A DNA stretch of 64,000 bases from an uncultured archaeon (GTDB taxonomy: Archaea > Altiarchaeota > Altiarchaeia > IMC4 > QMZM01), in the NCBI GenBank assembly GCA_964549685.1, contig CAZJVE010000003.1, positions 1-64,000 on the forward strand. The letters are read 5' to 3'. Below, in pieces: positions 1 through 9,243 of the stretch; within the stretch, counting starts at the first letter, position 1; the number at the start of each line of letters is the position of its first letter. Both the position numbers and the translations under genes were made by a program. The notes beneath the pieces were generated by a model. The model made no database searches, had not been told where the DNA came from, and saw only the letters and a list, made by a program, of their open reading frames with translations.

Positions 1-64
1 GGGGTTACAAAACACTGTTATAAGATAACGATGTTATTGACCCCATAGACTACTGTCCTTTGAA

Positions 65-78
65 TTAACAATTGTTAA
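65..78. promoter_or_regulatory. Palindromic operator motif A (TTAACAATTGTTAA)
   Basis: Perfect 14-bp palindrome; identical copies at 3967 and 18850, variants at 1027 and 20947, all intergenic. Confidence 0.75.
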
Positions 79-150
79 TATATTAAAGCCCTGAGTCCTA
101 GTTTATAGTTATAGTAAGATTGCAATATTATATTAAGACTACGATTTAAT

Positions 151-510
151 ATGAAATTCCCGTGTGAATTAACGGTGTGGTATGTGCTTCCCGCAATAAG
201 GTCCGAGCTCGCCAAGGAGCTTGCAAGGCTGAAAATGTCGCAGAAGGATATCTCGGGAAAGCTTAACATAACGCAGGCTGCTGTATCCCAGTATATCAAT
301 GAGAAGAGAGGACACAAAATAAGATTCAGTAAGGCTGTGAAAAAGGAGATAAAGGGGCTGGCAAGAGACATTAAGGATGGAAAGGACTCAGGCATTGTAA
401 GCAAAGTATGCAAGATATGCAACATGGTGAAGGACGACAAGACTATATGTAAGGTTCACAGAAAACACGAGAACATTCCAAAAATGTGTGATGCTTGTTT
501 TGCTAATTAA
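151..510 (+). CDS. HTH transcriptional regulator (COG2522-like) with Cys-rich C-terminus
   Basis: PCE..V...LPAIRS N-terminus, SQKDISGKLNITQAAVSQY HTH, C-terminal CKIC..C..H..CDAC. Confidence 0.8.
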   Translation: MKFPCELTVWYVLPAIRSELAKELARLKMSQKDISGKLNITQAAVSQYINEKRGHKIRFSKAVKKEIKGLARDIKDGKDSGIVSKVCKICNMVKDDKTICKVHRKHENIPKMCDACFAN

Positions 511-987
511 TTATGCCCTCCTCAGCAGGACAAGGTTGTTCAGGCCCTTCCTCCTGCGCTCGAGCAGACCCTTGTTCTCCAGCCGGTCGAGGATTCTGCT
601 CACCTTTGCCTTCGGGAGTTCCGTTTCCTTTACCAGCTCGGCCTGGAAGATGACGCCATCGGCCCTATAGATTGTTTCGTAGATTTTCTTGTCATCCTCT
701 TCAAGGTTCTTTACCTGCTCCGCGAGTTTCTTTTCCTTTTCCGCGTATTCTCTTTCCATGCCTCGGGCAGTTAGAATGACATAGACGCCAAGGATACCCA
801 GAAGCAGGGCTATGAAGAATCCGAGATATGCATAGAGTGGCAGGTCATTGCTCATGGGACACTGGCCCGTGGGACATCCGCACGATGACTCGTTGCTGTG
901 GTTTATCTCATTCACGAACGAAGTCAGCACGAACAGGAATACTATGGATATCCCTATTAGTGCCGCCCCGATGATTTTTGTATTCAT
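511..987 (-). CDS. Membrane-anchored winged-HTH protein (2 TM + C-terminal wHTH)
   Basis: Two hydrophobic segments flanking a CGCPTGQC loop; QAELVKETELPKAKVSRILDRLENKGLLERRRKG wHTH; ATG at 987 preferred. Confidence 0.75.
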   Translation of the reverse strand: MNTKIIGAALIGISIVFLFVLTSFVNEINHSNESSCGCPTGQCPMSNDLPLYAYLGFFIALLLGILGVYVILTARGMEREYAEKEKKLAEQVKNLEEDDKKIYETIYRADGVIFQAELVKETELPKAKVSRILDRLENKGLLERRRKGLNNLVLLRRA

Positions 988-1026
988 CTTGCTACTATAC
1001 AAAATATACTGAATCTATATTTAATA

Positions 1027-1040
1027 ATAACGATTGTTAT
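1027..1040. promoter_or_regulatory. Operator motif A variant (ATAACGATTGTTAT)
   Basis: Near-palindromic AAC-N4-GTT core upstream of the membrane wHTH gene. Confidence 0.5.
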
Positions 1041-1898
1041 CTAAGCCCTTAGCTTTTGGATTAAATCACAGGCACTGCAGACAGCATTCCTGGAGGGCTC
1101 TCCACAAAGCTCGCAATGCACCAGCTTTTCTGTTGTTTTGTAGTGTTCTTTCAAGGCCGGCAGGATATCCAGAAGGTTATTGACCAGATTCTGCGTTATT
1201 CCAGGGGATTCTGTCTCGAGGTCGTTGAGTATGTCCCTTATGGATGACCTATATGTATCGGTAGAACAGGGACATTTATCATAGACTACGGGGAATTTCA
1301 TCATTTCCGAGTATTTTCTGATTTCATCTTCAGGGCAAAAGTATAGGGGCTTTATTCTTGGGACAAATTTCCTGTCGCTAATTCGGCCGGTTCTTGGCCC
1401 TAGTTTTGCAGATAGCCCCATGTTTCCCTGAATAAAGTTCATTAAGACTGTCTGTGCCTCATCGTCCAGGTTATGGCCAGTCACTAGTTTAGTGGCATTC
1501 AGCTCTCTGACTTTTTTATTCAGCAAAGCCCTTCTCAAAACCCCGCAGACCGTGCATGACTTGAGCTTATGCTTCGATTTGAGTACCGACCTCATGTAAC
1601 AGACGGAATGTCCGAATTCCTCCTTGAATGATACTACATGGAGTTTTATGTCGTTCTCCCTGCAAAAAAGTTTGGTATTCTCCAGATTTTCCAGGGAATA
1701 GTTTCCGATTAGAAGGTCTATTATTATTGCTTCTACCGAGTAGCCGAATTTGTTTAGCAGATGGAGCGCGGTGGTTGAATCCTTGCCTCCGGAACATGCC
1801 ACCATCACTCTGTCTTCTTTGTCTATTAGATTATATTTTTTGATGGTTTCCTTCGCCCTATCCTCAAATTCTTTAATGAACTGCTCTTCCCTCGGCAT
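1041..1898 (-). CDS. ttuA: tRNA 2-thiolation protein, TtuA/Ncs6 family
   Basis: PP-loop SGGKDS, CxxC (CTVC), TGHNLDD, CP, C-terminal Zn finger CELC..CSAC. Confidence 0.85.
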   Translation of the reverse strand: MPREEQFIKEFEDRAKETIKKYNLIDKEDRVMVACSGGKDSTTALHLLNKFGYSVEAIIIDLLIGNYSLENLENTKLFCRENDIKLHVVSFKEEFGHSVCYMRSVLKSKHKLKSCTVCGVLRRALLNKKVRELNATKLVTGHNLDDEAQTVLMNFIQGNMGLSAKLGPRTGRISDRKFVPRIKPLYFCPEDEIRKYSEMMKFPVVYDKCPCSTDTYRSSIRDILNDLETESPGITQNLVNNLLDILPALKEHYKTTEKLVHCELCGEPSRNAVCSACDLIQKLRA

Positions 1899-1899
1899 T

Positions 1900-2373
1900 T
1901 TATTCAGTCAGTAGGGGCCCGCTGCAGTAGGGGCATTTCTTGTCGCATTCTTCCAGCATAGGGCATATGGTCCTTGAGAGAACTGCCATCGGATGCCCCT
2001 TGCTCTTTATCTCGAATTCGTTGCTCCAGCCGAAGGGTACTCTTTTTACCTTGAAGCCCGATTCCTTCAGGGATGACTCGACCCCTTTCAGAATCTTCAG
2101 CGCAATCTCGGGGTGGGAAAGGCTCTGCGATAAATGGGCAAAGGGAAATACAACGATATTCTTTAATTTCATCTTATCTGCAACCTTGACAATCTCATCC
2201 CTGATGGAGTTTATCGTTTCATCGGGCTTGATTTCGTCGTATTTCTCAACACATGAAAAGGCCACGAGGCAGTCATTCATGCTACCTTCTTTCTCCGTTG
2301 TTTCCTCGGCGAATTTGGTCCCTCTCTTTGCCCTGTACCAAATCCTGTCCACGTGGATGAATAGCAGTTTCAT
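1900..2373 (-). CDS. Stand-alone archaeal-type ThrRS editing-domain protein
   Basis: MKLLFIHVD, VVFPFAHLS, RVPFGW, KSKGHPMA motifs; extra C-terminal C-x5-C-x3-CPYC. Confidence 0.8.
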   Translation of the reverse strand: MKLLFIHVDRIWYRAKRGTKFAEETTEKEGSMNDCLVAFSCVEKYDEIKPDETINSIRDEIVKVADKMKLKNIVVFPFAHLSQSLSHPEIALKILKGVESSLKESGFKVKRVPFGWSNEFEIKSKGHPMAVLSRTICPMLEECDKKCPYCSGPLLTE

Positions 2374-3164
2374 TCTAAAGGATTCATGCTCCCGGACCTG
2401 TAGCCCTGTAAATCGAGCGTAATATATTTGAATCCGAGTCTTTTTAAGCTATTTACGATACGGTCCTTGTTTTTCAGGATGCTGGAGAATTCGTTGGGGG
2501 GGACCTCGATTCGGGCGAGTTCGTTGTAGTGCCTAACTCTGGCCTGCCCAATGCCGGAATCCATCAAAAGCCCCTCCGCTTTTTCCACTATCCTGAGTTT
2601 TTCAGGAGTTATTTCCTCGCCATATGGGATTCTCGAGGAGAGGCACGCCATCTGGGGTTTATTGTAGTTCGATAGCTTCAATTCCCTGGCAAGCTCCCGG
2701 ACCTCGTCCTTAGTAAGGCCTGTATCAAGAAGGGGGGTGCATATGCCCCCCTCACTCAGTGCCCTGTGCCCGGGCCGGTGGTCCCCCAGATCGTCGCGAT
2801 TAACGCCGAAGAGAATGGAATTGAAACCAAATTCTTTAGAAATTTTTTTAAGGACAGATATTGATTCAAGTTTGCAGTAGTAACATCTATCTGGGGAATT
2901 TTTTCTGAATTCCTTGTTGTTCAATTCATCATGTCCTACAACGAGATGCCTGATTCCAATCTCATTCGCAATTGCCTTAGCGTTCTCAAGCTCTCTTCGC
3001 GGGAGGGTTGATGAGTCTATTGTAACCGCTATCGCATTATCCCCGAGGGCGTCGCTGGCGGCCTTTGCCAGCAGAGTGCTGTCGATGCCGCCCGAGAATG
3101 CGACCAGAGCGCTCCCCCCGGATTCAATCAGGTTACAGAGTCTCTGGTATTTAGGGTTCCACAT
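2370..3164 (-). CDS. larE: ATP-dependent sulfur transferase, LarE family
   Basis: AFSGGIDS PP-loop, RCYYCK, ACLSSRIPYG, DLQGYRSGSMN. Confidence 0.85.
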   Translation of the reverse strand: MWNPKYQRLCNLIESGGSALVAFSGGIDSTLLAKAASDALGDNAIAVTIDSSTLPRRELENAKAIANEIGIRHLVVGHDELNNKEFRKNSPDRCYYCKLESISVLKKISKEFGFNSILFGVNRDDLGDHRPGHRALSEGGICTPLLDTGLTKDEVRELARELKLSNYNKPQMACLSSRIPYGEEITPEKLRIVEKAEGLLMDSGIGQARVRHYNELARIEVPPNEFSSILKNKDRIVNSLKRLGFKYITLDLQGYRSGSMNPLE

Positions 3165-3963
3165 ATTTTACTTCTACCTCTGGTTTCTCTCCCAGAAGAT
3201 TTGATGCTATCTCTGCCGCTTTCTCCCCGGACAGTAGCATCCCGCCAAACGTGGGACCCATCCTCGGAAGTCCGAATGCCGTTGCGGCTGACATTCCAGT
3301 AACAATCAGACCGGGATAGATTTCCGTCGTGTTCTCGACTACCGCATCCTCTGAGCGCTCCACCCACATGGGACTAAAGCCCTCAGTCTTCAGAATTCCC
3401 CTGTCCTCGAGGGATTTTACAACGCATGCGTCATGGCCAGTTGCGTCAATAACCACCTTGGATTCTATGGCAACCGGGTCCACGCAGGTTATAGCTCTGG
3501 GTAATGCTGAAACAGCGTTCCAGTTTATAACGGCTCCTGAAACCCTGCCCTCCTTCAGAATCACGTCCTCGAACCGGGTGCAGTTTATTATCTTGACCCC
3601 AGCATCGCAGGCCGAAGAGATTAGCTTAGAGCATGCATGCGGGCCGTCGGCAACAAACAGGCCGTCATTCAATTTCTTGTACGGGGCGTTAATCTCGTCC
3701 AGAACCCTCTGCCCGGGGGCCCTTACAGTCAGCTTGTTCATCAGATAGCCGCCAATCCAGAATCCGCCTCCGAGGTAGTTGTTGCTTTCCACTATCACGG
3801 TCTTTATGTTTCTCTGGGCGAGCCTCATCCCTGCCACTAATCCAGAGGGGCCGCCGCCAACTATGATAACATCGCTCTCTACATGGTCCAGAAACTCCTC
3901 GGAAAACTCCGAGACAATCGCCTTTGTTATGTCACTCTCCTGGGTTGGTTGAAATATAGCCAT
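3151..3963 (-). CDS. thi4: Thiazole synthase Thi4 (Cys-type)
   Basis: GGGPSG, GGGFWIGG, TCVDP, DATGHDA, PRMGPTFGGMLLSG. Confidence 0.92.
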   Translation of the reverse strand: MAIFQPTQESDITKAIVSEFSEEFLDHVESDVIIVGGGPSGLVAGMRLAQRNIKTVIVESNNYLGGGFWIGGYLMNKLTVRAPGQRVLDEINAPYKKLNDGLFVADGPHACSKLISSACDAGVKIINCTRFEDVILKEGRVSGAVINWNAVSALPRAITCVDPVAIESKVVIDATGHDACVVKSLEDRGILKTEGFSPMWVERSEDAVVENTTEIYPGLIVTGMSAATAFGLPRMGPTFGGMLLSGEKAAEIASNLLGEKPEVEVKYVEP

Positions 3964-3966
3964 TTT

Positions 3967-3980
3967 TTAACAATTGTTAA
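3967..3980. promoter_or_regulatory. Operator motif A directly upstream of thi4
   Basis: TTAACAATTGTTAA 3 nt from the start codon, between it and a minus-strand TTTATATA box at 3997-4004. Confidence 0.8.
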
Positions 3981-4008
3981 TATATCCGGATGAGAATATA
4001 TAAATGGG

Positions 4009-5298
4009 CTACTTGCTCCCGGCAAATCCTTTTTCAGTCGCCTCTAATATCTTATCAATATCCTCCTTTGTATGGGCGTCTGAAATAAAGAGGGATTCGA
4101 ACTGGCTCGGAGGGAGCAGAATTCCCTCCCCCAGCATCCTGTTGAAGAACGCCGCATATTTTTTGGTGTCTGACTTTTTTGCGCTCTCATAGTCATGGAC
4201 AGCATCGGGTGTAAAGAAGATGCATGACATTGATTCGATTCCAGAGATGGAAGCATCCACGCCAGCTTCATCTGCAATTTCTCTGATGCCGTCTCTAAGT
4301 CTCTTGGAATTTTTATTTAGATGTTCATAGATGCTTCCATCCTTCAACAATTCCAAAGTGGTTAAACCTGCAGTCAGCGCTATCGGATTTCCTGACAAAG
4401 TTCCAGCCTGATAAACCGGCCCTTCTGGGGCTATCTGCTCCATTATGTCGGCCCGGCCGCCATATGCACCGACCGGAAAGCCGCCGCCTATGACCTTGCC
4501 AAGGCAGGTAATGTCCGGGCTGATTTTATAGTAATCCTGTGCCCCACCATAGCATAGCCTGAAGCCGGTGATGACCTCATCGAAGACCAGGAGGATGTCA
4601 TTATCCTCAGTAATCTCCCTCATGCCCTGGAGGAATCCGTCCTTGGGCGGGATTACACCCATGTTGCCCGCCACGGGCTCGACTATAAGACAGGAGATGT
4701 CCTCGGTATTTTTTATTGTTTTTTCAAGTTCATTCAGGTTGTTGTATGGGATGGAAATCGTATTCTCCACAGACTCGGGAGTCACTCCCTTGCTATCGGG
4801 CATGGATAAGGTCATGGCCCCTGAACCCGCCTTGACCAGCAACGGGTCGAAATGCCCGTGATAGCAGCCCTCGAATTTTATCACCTTCTTTTTCCCGGTG
4901 AATCCCCTAGCCAGTCTGATTGCCGACATCACGGCCTCTGTTCCCGAGTTCACCATCCTGACCCTTTCGATGGATGGGACTGCGCTGGTTATCTCCCTGG
5001 CTATCTTTATCTCAGCTTCATGTGAGAGGCCATAGCTCGTGCCATGATCCAAGGCCTTTTTAACCTCTCCAATCACCCGGGGATGGGAGTGCCCAAGGAT
5101 AAGCGCGCCCCACGAGCATATCAAATCTATGTACTCGTTATCATCAGCATCAAATATCTTCGAGCCAGCTGCCTTTTTTATGAAAAGCGGGCTCCTGTCA
5201 ACTGCCTTGAATGCCCTCACAGGGCTGTTTACTCCCCCGGGCATGTATTCCTTCGCCAAGTCAAATAGCTTCCCTGAAGTCGAATCTTTCGAGCTCAT
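4009..5298 (-). CDS. hemL: Glutamate-1-semialdehyde 2,1-aminomutase
   Basis: PGGVNSPVRAF, NSGTEA, FDEVITGFR, LGKVIGGG, YQAGTLSGNP. Confidence 0.95.
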   Translation of the reverse strand: MSSKDSTSGKLFDLAKEYMPGGVNSPVRAFKAVDRSPLFIKKAAGSKIFDADDNEYIDLICSWGALILGHSHPRVIGEVKKALDHGTSYGLSHEAEIKIAREITSAVPSIERVRMVNSGTEAVMSAIRLARGFTGKKKVIKFEGCYHGHFDPLLVKAGSGAMTLSMPDSKGVTPESVENTISIPYNNLNELEKTIKNTEDISCLIVEPVAGNMGVIPPKDGFLQGMREITEDNDILLVFDEVITGFRLCYGGAQDYYKISPDITCLGKVIGGGFPVGAYGGRADIMEQIAPEGPVYQAGTLSGNPIALTAGLTTLELLKDGSIYEHLNKNSKRLRDGIREIADEAGVDASISGIESMSCIFFTPDAVHDYESAKKSDTKKYAAFFNRMLGEGILLPPSQFESLFISDAHTKEDIDKILEATEKGFAGSK

Positions 5299-6166
5299 TC
5301 TGAATCATTAGTTCAACCTTCTTAATTTCCTCCTTCTTGGCCAGTAGATTTTCCTTGGCTATTGCCTCGAAAAAATCCAGGCGCACGACTTTGACATTCT
5401 TCAGCTTGTCCACCTCTTTCGAGGCGTCCGGTGGGACCGCCAGATCCACCAGCAGTATTTCCCTGTCCAGGGGAATCTTATCAGGAGTTATTACAGGATG
5501 GGGTGCACTGGTTGCTGAGAAGACTATATCAACCACACTTAATAATTCGGGCAGCCTGTCCAGGCCAAAGGCCTTTCCCCCCACCTTGTCGGCCAGAATT
5601 TGGGCCCTCTCTAGATGTCTGTTGGATAATAGAATATTCTCGGCGCCTTTATTTTTCAAAGCAGTTGCAAGTTTTCCAGATATCATGCCGGAGCCCAGAA
5701 TTAATACTTTATCCGGTCTGAATTCCGCAGTGCTGAAAACGTGGTCTACCGCCATGGAGGCTATAGAGGTTTTACCATGGGATATCCTAGTCTTTGCTCT
5801 GGCCCTCCTTCCGAGTCTAATGGCTGAATCAAAGAATGTAGATAGATGCTCAGAGCAGTGTTCTTTCTCTATTGCGCTGCGGTGGGCATTCTTTACTTGC
5901 GATAAAATCTCGTTCTCTCCAAGAACCATTGAGTCCAGACCACATGAGACCCGTAGTAGATGCTCCAGTGCTCCCCTTCCCCCTTCTACAGGCAGCCCGT
6001 CCAGGTTCATATATTGAGTTGAATAAAGCTCTGCCCTGTTGCAGGTGAATAACGGAACGTAGTCATTCAAATCAGAGTGCTGGATGTAATCCTCAAACTC
6101 ATTAAATTTTGACCCCAATCTTCCAATACCGGTATCCCTATAGGTTGTCTTTAGATTATATAACAT
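5261..6166 (-). CDS. hemA: Glutamyl-tRNA reductase (short form)
   Basis: TCNRAELY, GLDSMVLGENEILSQVK, DLAVP; ATG at 6166; C-terminal dimerisation region apparently short or absent. Confidence 0.88.
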   Translation of the reverse strand: MLYNLKTTYRDTGIGRLGSKFNEFEDYIQHSDLNDYVPLFTCNRAELYSTQYMNLDGLPVEGGRGALEHLLRVSCGLDSMVLGENEILSQVKNAHRSAIEKEHCSEHLSTFFDSAIRLGRRARAKTRISHGKTSIASMAVDHVFSTAEFRPDKVLILGSGMISGKLATALKNKGAENILLSNRHLERAQILADKVGGKAFGLDRLPELLSVVDIVFSATSAPHPVITPDKIPLDREILLVDLAVPPDASKEVDKLKNVKVVRLDFFEAIAKENLLAKKEEIKKVELMIQNELERFDFREAI

Positions 6167-7481
6167 CTTCGGTCGATAGTTGCCCAAGAGCTGGTTTTTC
6201 CAGCATGAAGTCTACGTGGAGGTTAAATCTCTTTGCCTCTGCAGCGGTCCTTGGCCCTATAGCCATGATGGTTTTATCGTAGAGGATGGTCGGATGCCCC
6301 TCCATAAGGCGCCTGGTTATCAGGGGGCTGCTTAGGAATATAACGTCTGCGGATTCAAGAGTTTTATCCAGGTTGTTGTGCTTGATTGGGATGGTGTCGT
6401 AAACCGCTATATTCGTGAATTCCCGTGCGTTGGATTTTTTGGATGAGAATATGGTTACGTCTTCTTTGGAATATTTCTTCTTTAGGTATGTTTCCATGCC
6501 CTTCACAGTTTCCATATCAGGGGTCTGCGATTTCACGCCATATCTGTCCAGCTCCTCCTTTGTTCTGGAGCCAACTGCAACGAACTCCCCATCTGGCTTG
6601 TATTTGTCAAATACCGAGCGGACTGAATTAACGCTCGTGAATGCATAAACCTTTGAATTGGGTAGAGGGAATTCCAGATATTTTATAGTAAAAAGAGGAT
6701 AATTTACAGGATTGGCGCCAAGGCCCCTGAAAAATTCTATGGTCTCCTCCCCACGGTCCTCTTGTCTGAAACTGAGGATTCTTCTGTTCTTTAGGCGGGG
6801 CTTTCTCATCTTCAGGACATCCCCAACCACGAGTATTGCAGGCGAGGTTATCTCGGCCTCTTCTGCAATCTGAGTTATATCCTTAAGTCTGCCATCAATC
6901 AGCCTGTAATTATCCATGAACGCATTCTCGGCTATAAGGCATCTGGTTTCCCTGTCCCGTTTTTTTAACAGAGCAGCGATTATCTTCTCAAGGTTGAGCA
7001 CAGGCATGTAATAGATGAGGGTGTCTGCATCCGCATCTCCTACAGTTCCGTCTTTTTTCGTTCCGGTGATGAATGCAACGGATGATGAGTGGGTTCTATG
7101 GGTCAAAGGGATACCAAGCTCAGATAGGATTGAGAAGGTGCTAAGGCCGGGTATTATTTTAACATTAATTCCCCTTCCGGTTAGATACTCGTACTCCTCA
7201 AATCCTCTGCTGAACAGTAATGGATTACCACTCTTCAATCTGGCTACGGTCTTGCCTTCTGAGGCCAAGGAATGCATCAGCTCGTTTATCCCCTCCTGCT
7301 TCTTGCTCTGGCCTGGCTTCTTACCGACATAAATCTTTTCTGCATTGTTTGATTCCAGGATTGACTCATCGATGAGTCTGTCATAGAGGAGGACACCTGC
7401 TTTACTTATGGCCTGCCTGGCTTCAGCAGTTAGATGCTTCTTGTGCATGCCGCAACCGATTAGATAAACCTGTGCTTCCAT
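6156..7481 (-). CDS. cobA-hemD: Uroporphyrinogen-III C-methyltransferase / uroporphyrinogen-III synthase fusion
   Basis: LYDRL, YVGKKPG, RLKSGNP, IPGLS (SUMT); C-terminal FTSVNSV, AIGPRTA (HemD). Confidence 0.85.
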   Translation of the reverse strand: MEAQVYLIGCGMHKKHLTAEARQAISKAGVLLYDRLIDESILESNNAEKIYVGKKPGQSKKQEGINELMHSLASEGKTVARLKSGNPLLFSRGFEEYEYLTGRGINVKIIPGLSTFSILSELGIPLTHRTHSSSVAFITGTKKDGTVGDADADTLIYYMPVLNLEKIIAALLKKRDRETRCLIAENAFMDNYRLIDGRLKDITQIAEEAEITSPAILVVGDVLKMRKPRLKNRRILSFRQEDRGEETIEFFRGLGANPVNYPLFTIKYLEFPLPNSKVYAFTSVNSVRSVFDKYKPDGEFVAVGSRTKEELDRYGVKSQTPDMETVKGMETYLKKKYSKEDVTIFSSKKSNAREFTNIAVYDTIPIKHNNLDKTLESADVIFLSSPLITRRLMEGHPTILYDKTIMAIGPRTAAEAKRFNLHVDFMLEKPALGQLSTEDVI

Positions 7482-8281
7482 TCCCTTATTTTTTTATTAA
7501 TTTCTTTGGGAGTACCGTCAAATCCTGGAATAATTCTTTTCCCGTCCCTGTAAATCAGCCCAGTGAGGTGATAGGTTCCATCACAAAATGTGCAGTATGT
7601 CCCCACAGGATTCCTGCACGCGCCAAGGCCCCTTATGAATTCCCTCTCCAGCATGCAACATGTGAATTCCTCGTCTTTGCCCAGGAAATCGAAATCGTCT
7701 CCCTTTCGTTTAACCACCGCTATTGCCCCCTGCCCCGCGGCAGGGACCATTTCCGAGATGTCGAATACCTGTGAGATTCTGCTTTGTAATCCCAACCTGT
7801 CAAGGGCGCACTTGGCTGTTATCATGGCATCATAGCTTTCATTATTGAGCTTCTCTAGTCTAGTTGGAATGTTACCTCTAATGCCCTCAACCTTCAGGTC
7901 ATTCCTCAAGGTTAGTAATTCTGCTTTTCTTCGTTCGCTGTCTGAGCCAACAACAGCTCCTGGTGGGAGCCCCGCCAGAGTGCCGGAGGAAACCAGGCAG
8001 TCCCTCACATCGGCTCTCTCACAGATTCCAAGGATTTCAAGCTCTGGCGGGATTTCAACGGGTATGTCCTTCAGGCTGTGAATTGCCAGGTCTATCTCGT
8101 GGTTCAGGAGGGCTTTATCCAGCTCCTTGGTGAATACTGCAGGGCCCAGTTCCTTGAGGGCTTCTACGGAGCGATCTCCTTGTGTCCTTATTATCTTGAA
8201 CTCTGGCTCCAGGTTTGTCTTCTTGCAAAATATTTCAGCCTGTTTCAGTGCCAGCTCGCTTCCCCTAGTGCCGATAATCAT
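7460..8281 (-). CDS. hemC: Hydroxymethylbilane synthase
   Basis: IGTRGSELALKQ, HSLKDIP, IRGNIPTRL, PAAGQGA; true start MIIGTRGS at 8281. Confidence 0.92.
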   Translation of the reverse strand: MIIGTRGSELALKQAEIFCKKTNLEPEFKIIRTQGDRSVEALKELGPAVFTKELDKALLNHEIDLAIHSLKDIPVEIPPELEILGICERADVRDCLVSSGTLAGLPPGAVVGSDSERRKAELLTLRNDLKVEGIRGNIPTRLEKLNNESYDAMITAKCALDRLGLQSRISQVFDISEMVPAAGQGAIAVVKRKGDDFDFLGKDEEFTCCMLEREFIRGLGACRNPVGTYCTFCDGTYHLTGLIYRDGKRIIPGFDGTPKEINKKIREWKHRFI

Positions 8282-9206
8282 CCAGACCCTCCATAATCTC
8301 AATTGCACCATAGCTGATGATGATATTTGCACCGGCCCTCTTGATTGCAACCAGCGATTCGTAGAGGGCCTGCCTGTCCAGTATCCCTGATTTAAGCAAC
8401 GCATATTCCCCACTCACCTGATATGCTGCAAGAGGCGTATCGAAATTTTTGCTGGCCTGGGAGATTATGTCGAGGTATGGGAGAGCCGGCTTGACCATGA
8501 CTATGTCAGCCCCTTCTTGGATATCCAGCTCTATCTCCTTTAGTGCCTGGCTCCCTGAATGAAAATCCAGCTGATATGTCCTCCTGTCCCCTTTAAACGA
8601 TGAGAGCACCGCCTCCCGGAATGGCGAATAGAGACTGGATGCGAATTTGGCAGAATAGCTCATTATCCCTGTATCCTTGAGGCCGTTGCCACCAAGTGCC
8701 TCTTTAATGGCGGCCACCTGGCCGTCCATCATCGCAGACGGGCAGACGAAATCTGCTCCGGCATTGGCGTGAGACAGGGCCGTCTTGGCCAGCAGGCTGA
8801 GGGTCTTGCCACAGTCTATTCCATCTCCAGAGAGTACGCCACAGTGTCCGTGCGATGTATAGTGGCAAAGGCAGACATCGGAGAATACAAGAAGATTGGA
8901 CGTGTCCTTTATCTGCCTGATTGCTTCCTGCACGATGCCTTTCCAGTCATAGGCTGAAGTTCCAGCGATATCCTTCTCCTTTGGAATTCCGAATAATAAT
9001 ATTTTGGGAATTCTAAGAGATTCGCATTTTTCAAGAATTTCACCAAGGTCGTTTAATGAGTAGTGGAACTGTCCCGGAAGGCTCTTGATGGGCTCCTTCT
9101 TTTTTATGCCCTCCCTGACAAAGATTGGATAGATAAAGTCATCACTTGAGAGGGAAGCCTCGCCAACTTGTTCCTTTACATCATCGTTCCGTCTTAGGTC
9201 TCTCAT
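8265..9206 (-). CDS. hemB: Porphobilinogen synthase
   Basis: DVCLCHYTSHGHCG Zn site, MVKPALPYLD, AYQVSGEY. Confidence 0.95.
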   Translation of the reverse strand: MRDLRRNDDVKEQVGEASLSSDDFIYPIFVREGIKKKEPIKSLPGQFHYSLNDLGEILEKCESLRIPKILLFGIPKEKDIAGTSAYDWKGIVQEAIRQIKDTSNLLVFSDVCLCHYTSHGHCGVLSGDGIDCGKTLSLLAKTALSHANAGADFVCPSAMMDGQVAAIKEALGGNGLKDTGIMSYSAKFASSLYSPFREAVLSSFKGDRRTYQLDFHSGSQALKEIELDIQEGADIVMVKPALPYLDIISQASKNFDTPLAAYQVSGEYALLKSGILDRQALYESLVAIKRAGANIIISYGAIEIMEGLDDYRH

Positions 9207-9243
9207 TCTTATTCCTTTATATCCTCGTTCCCTCTTAGCCCCC

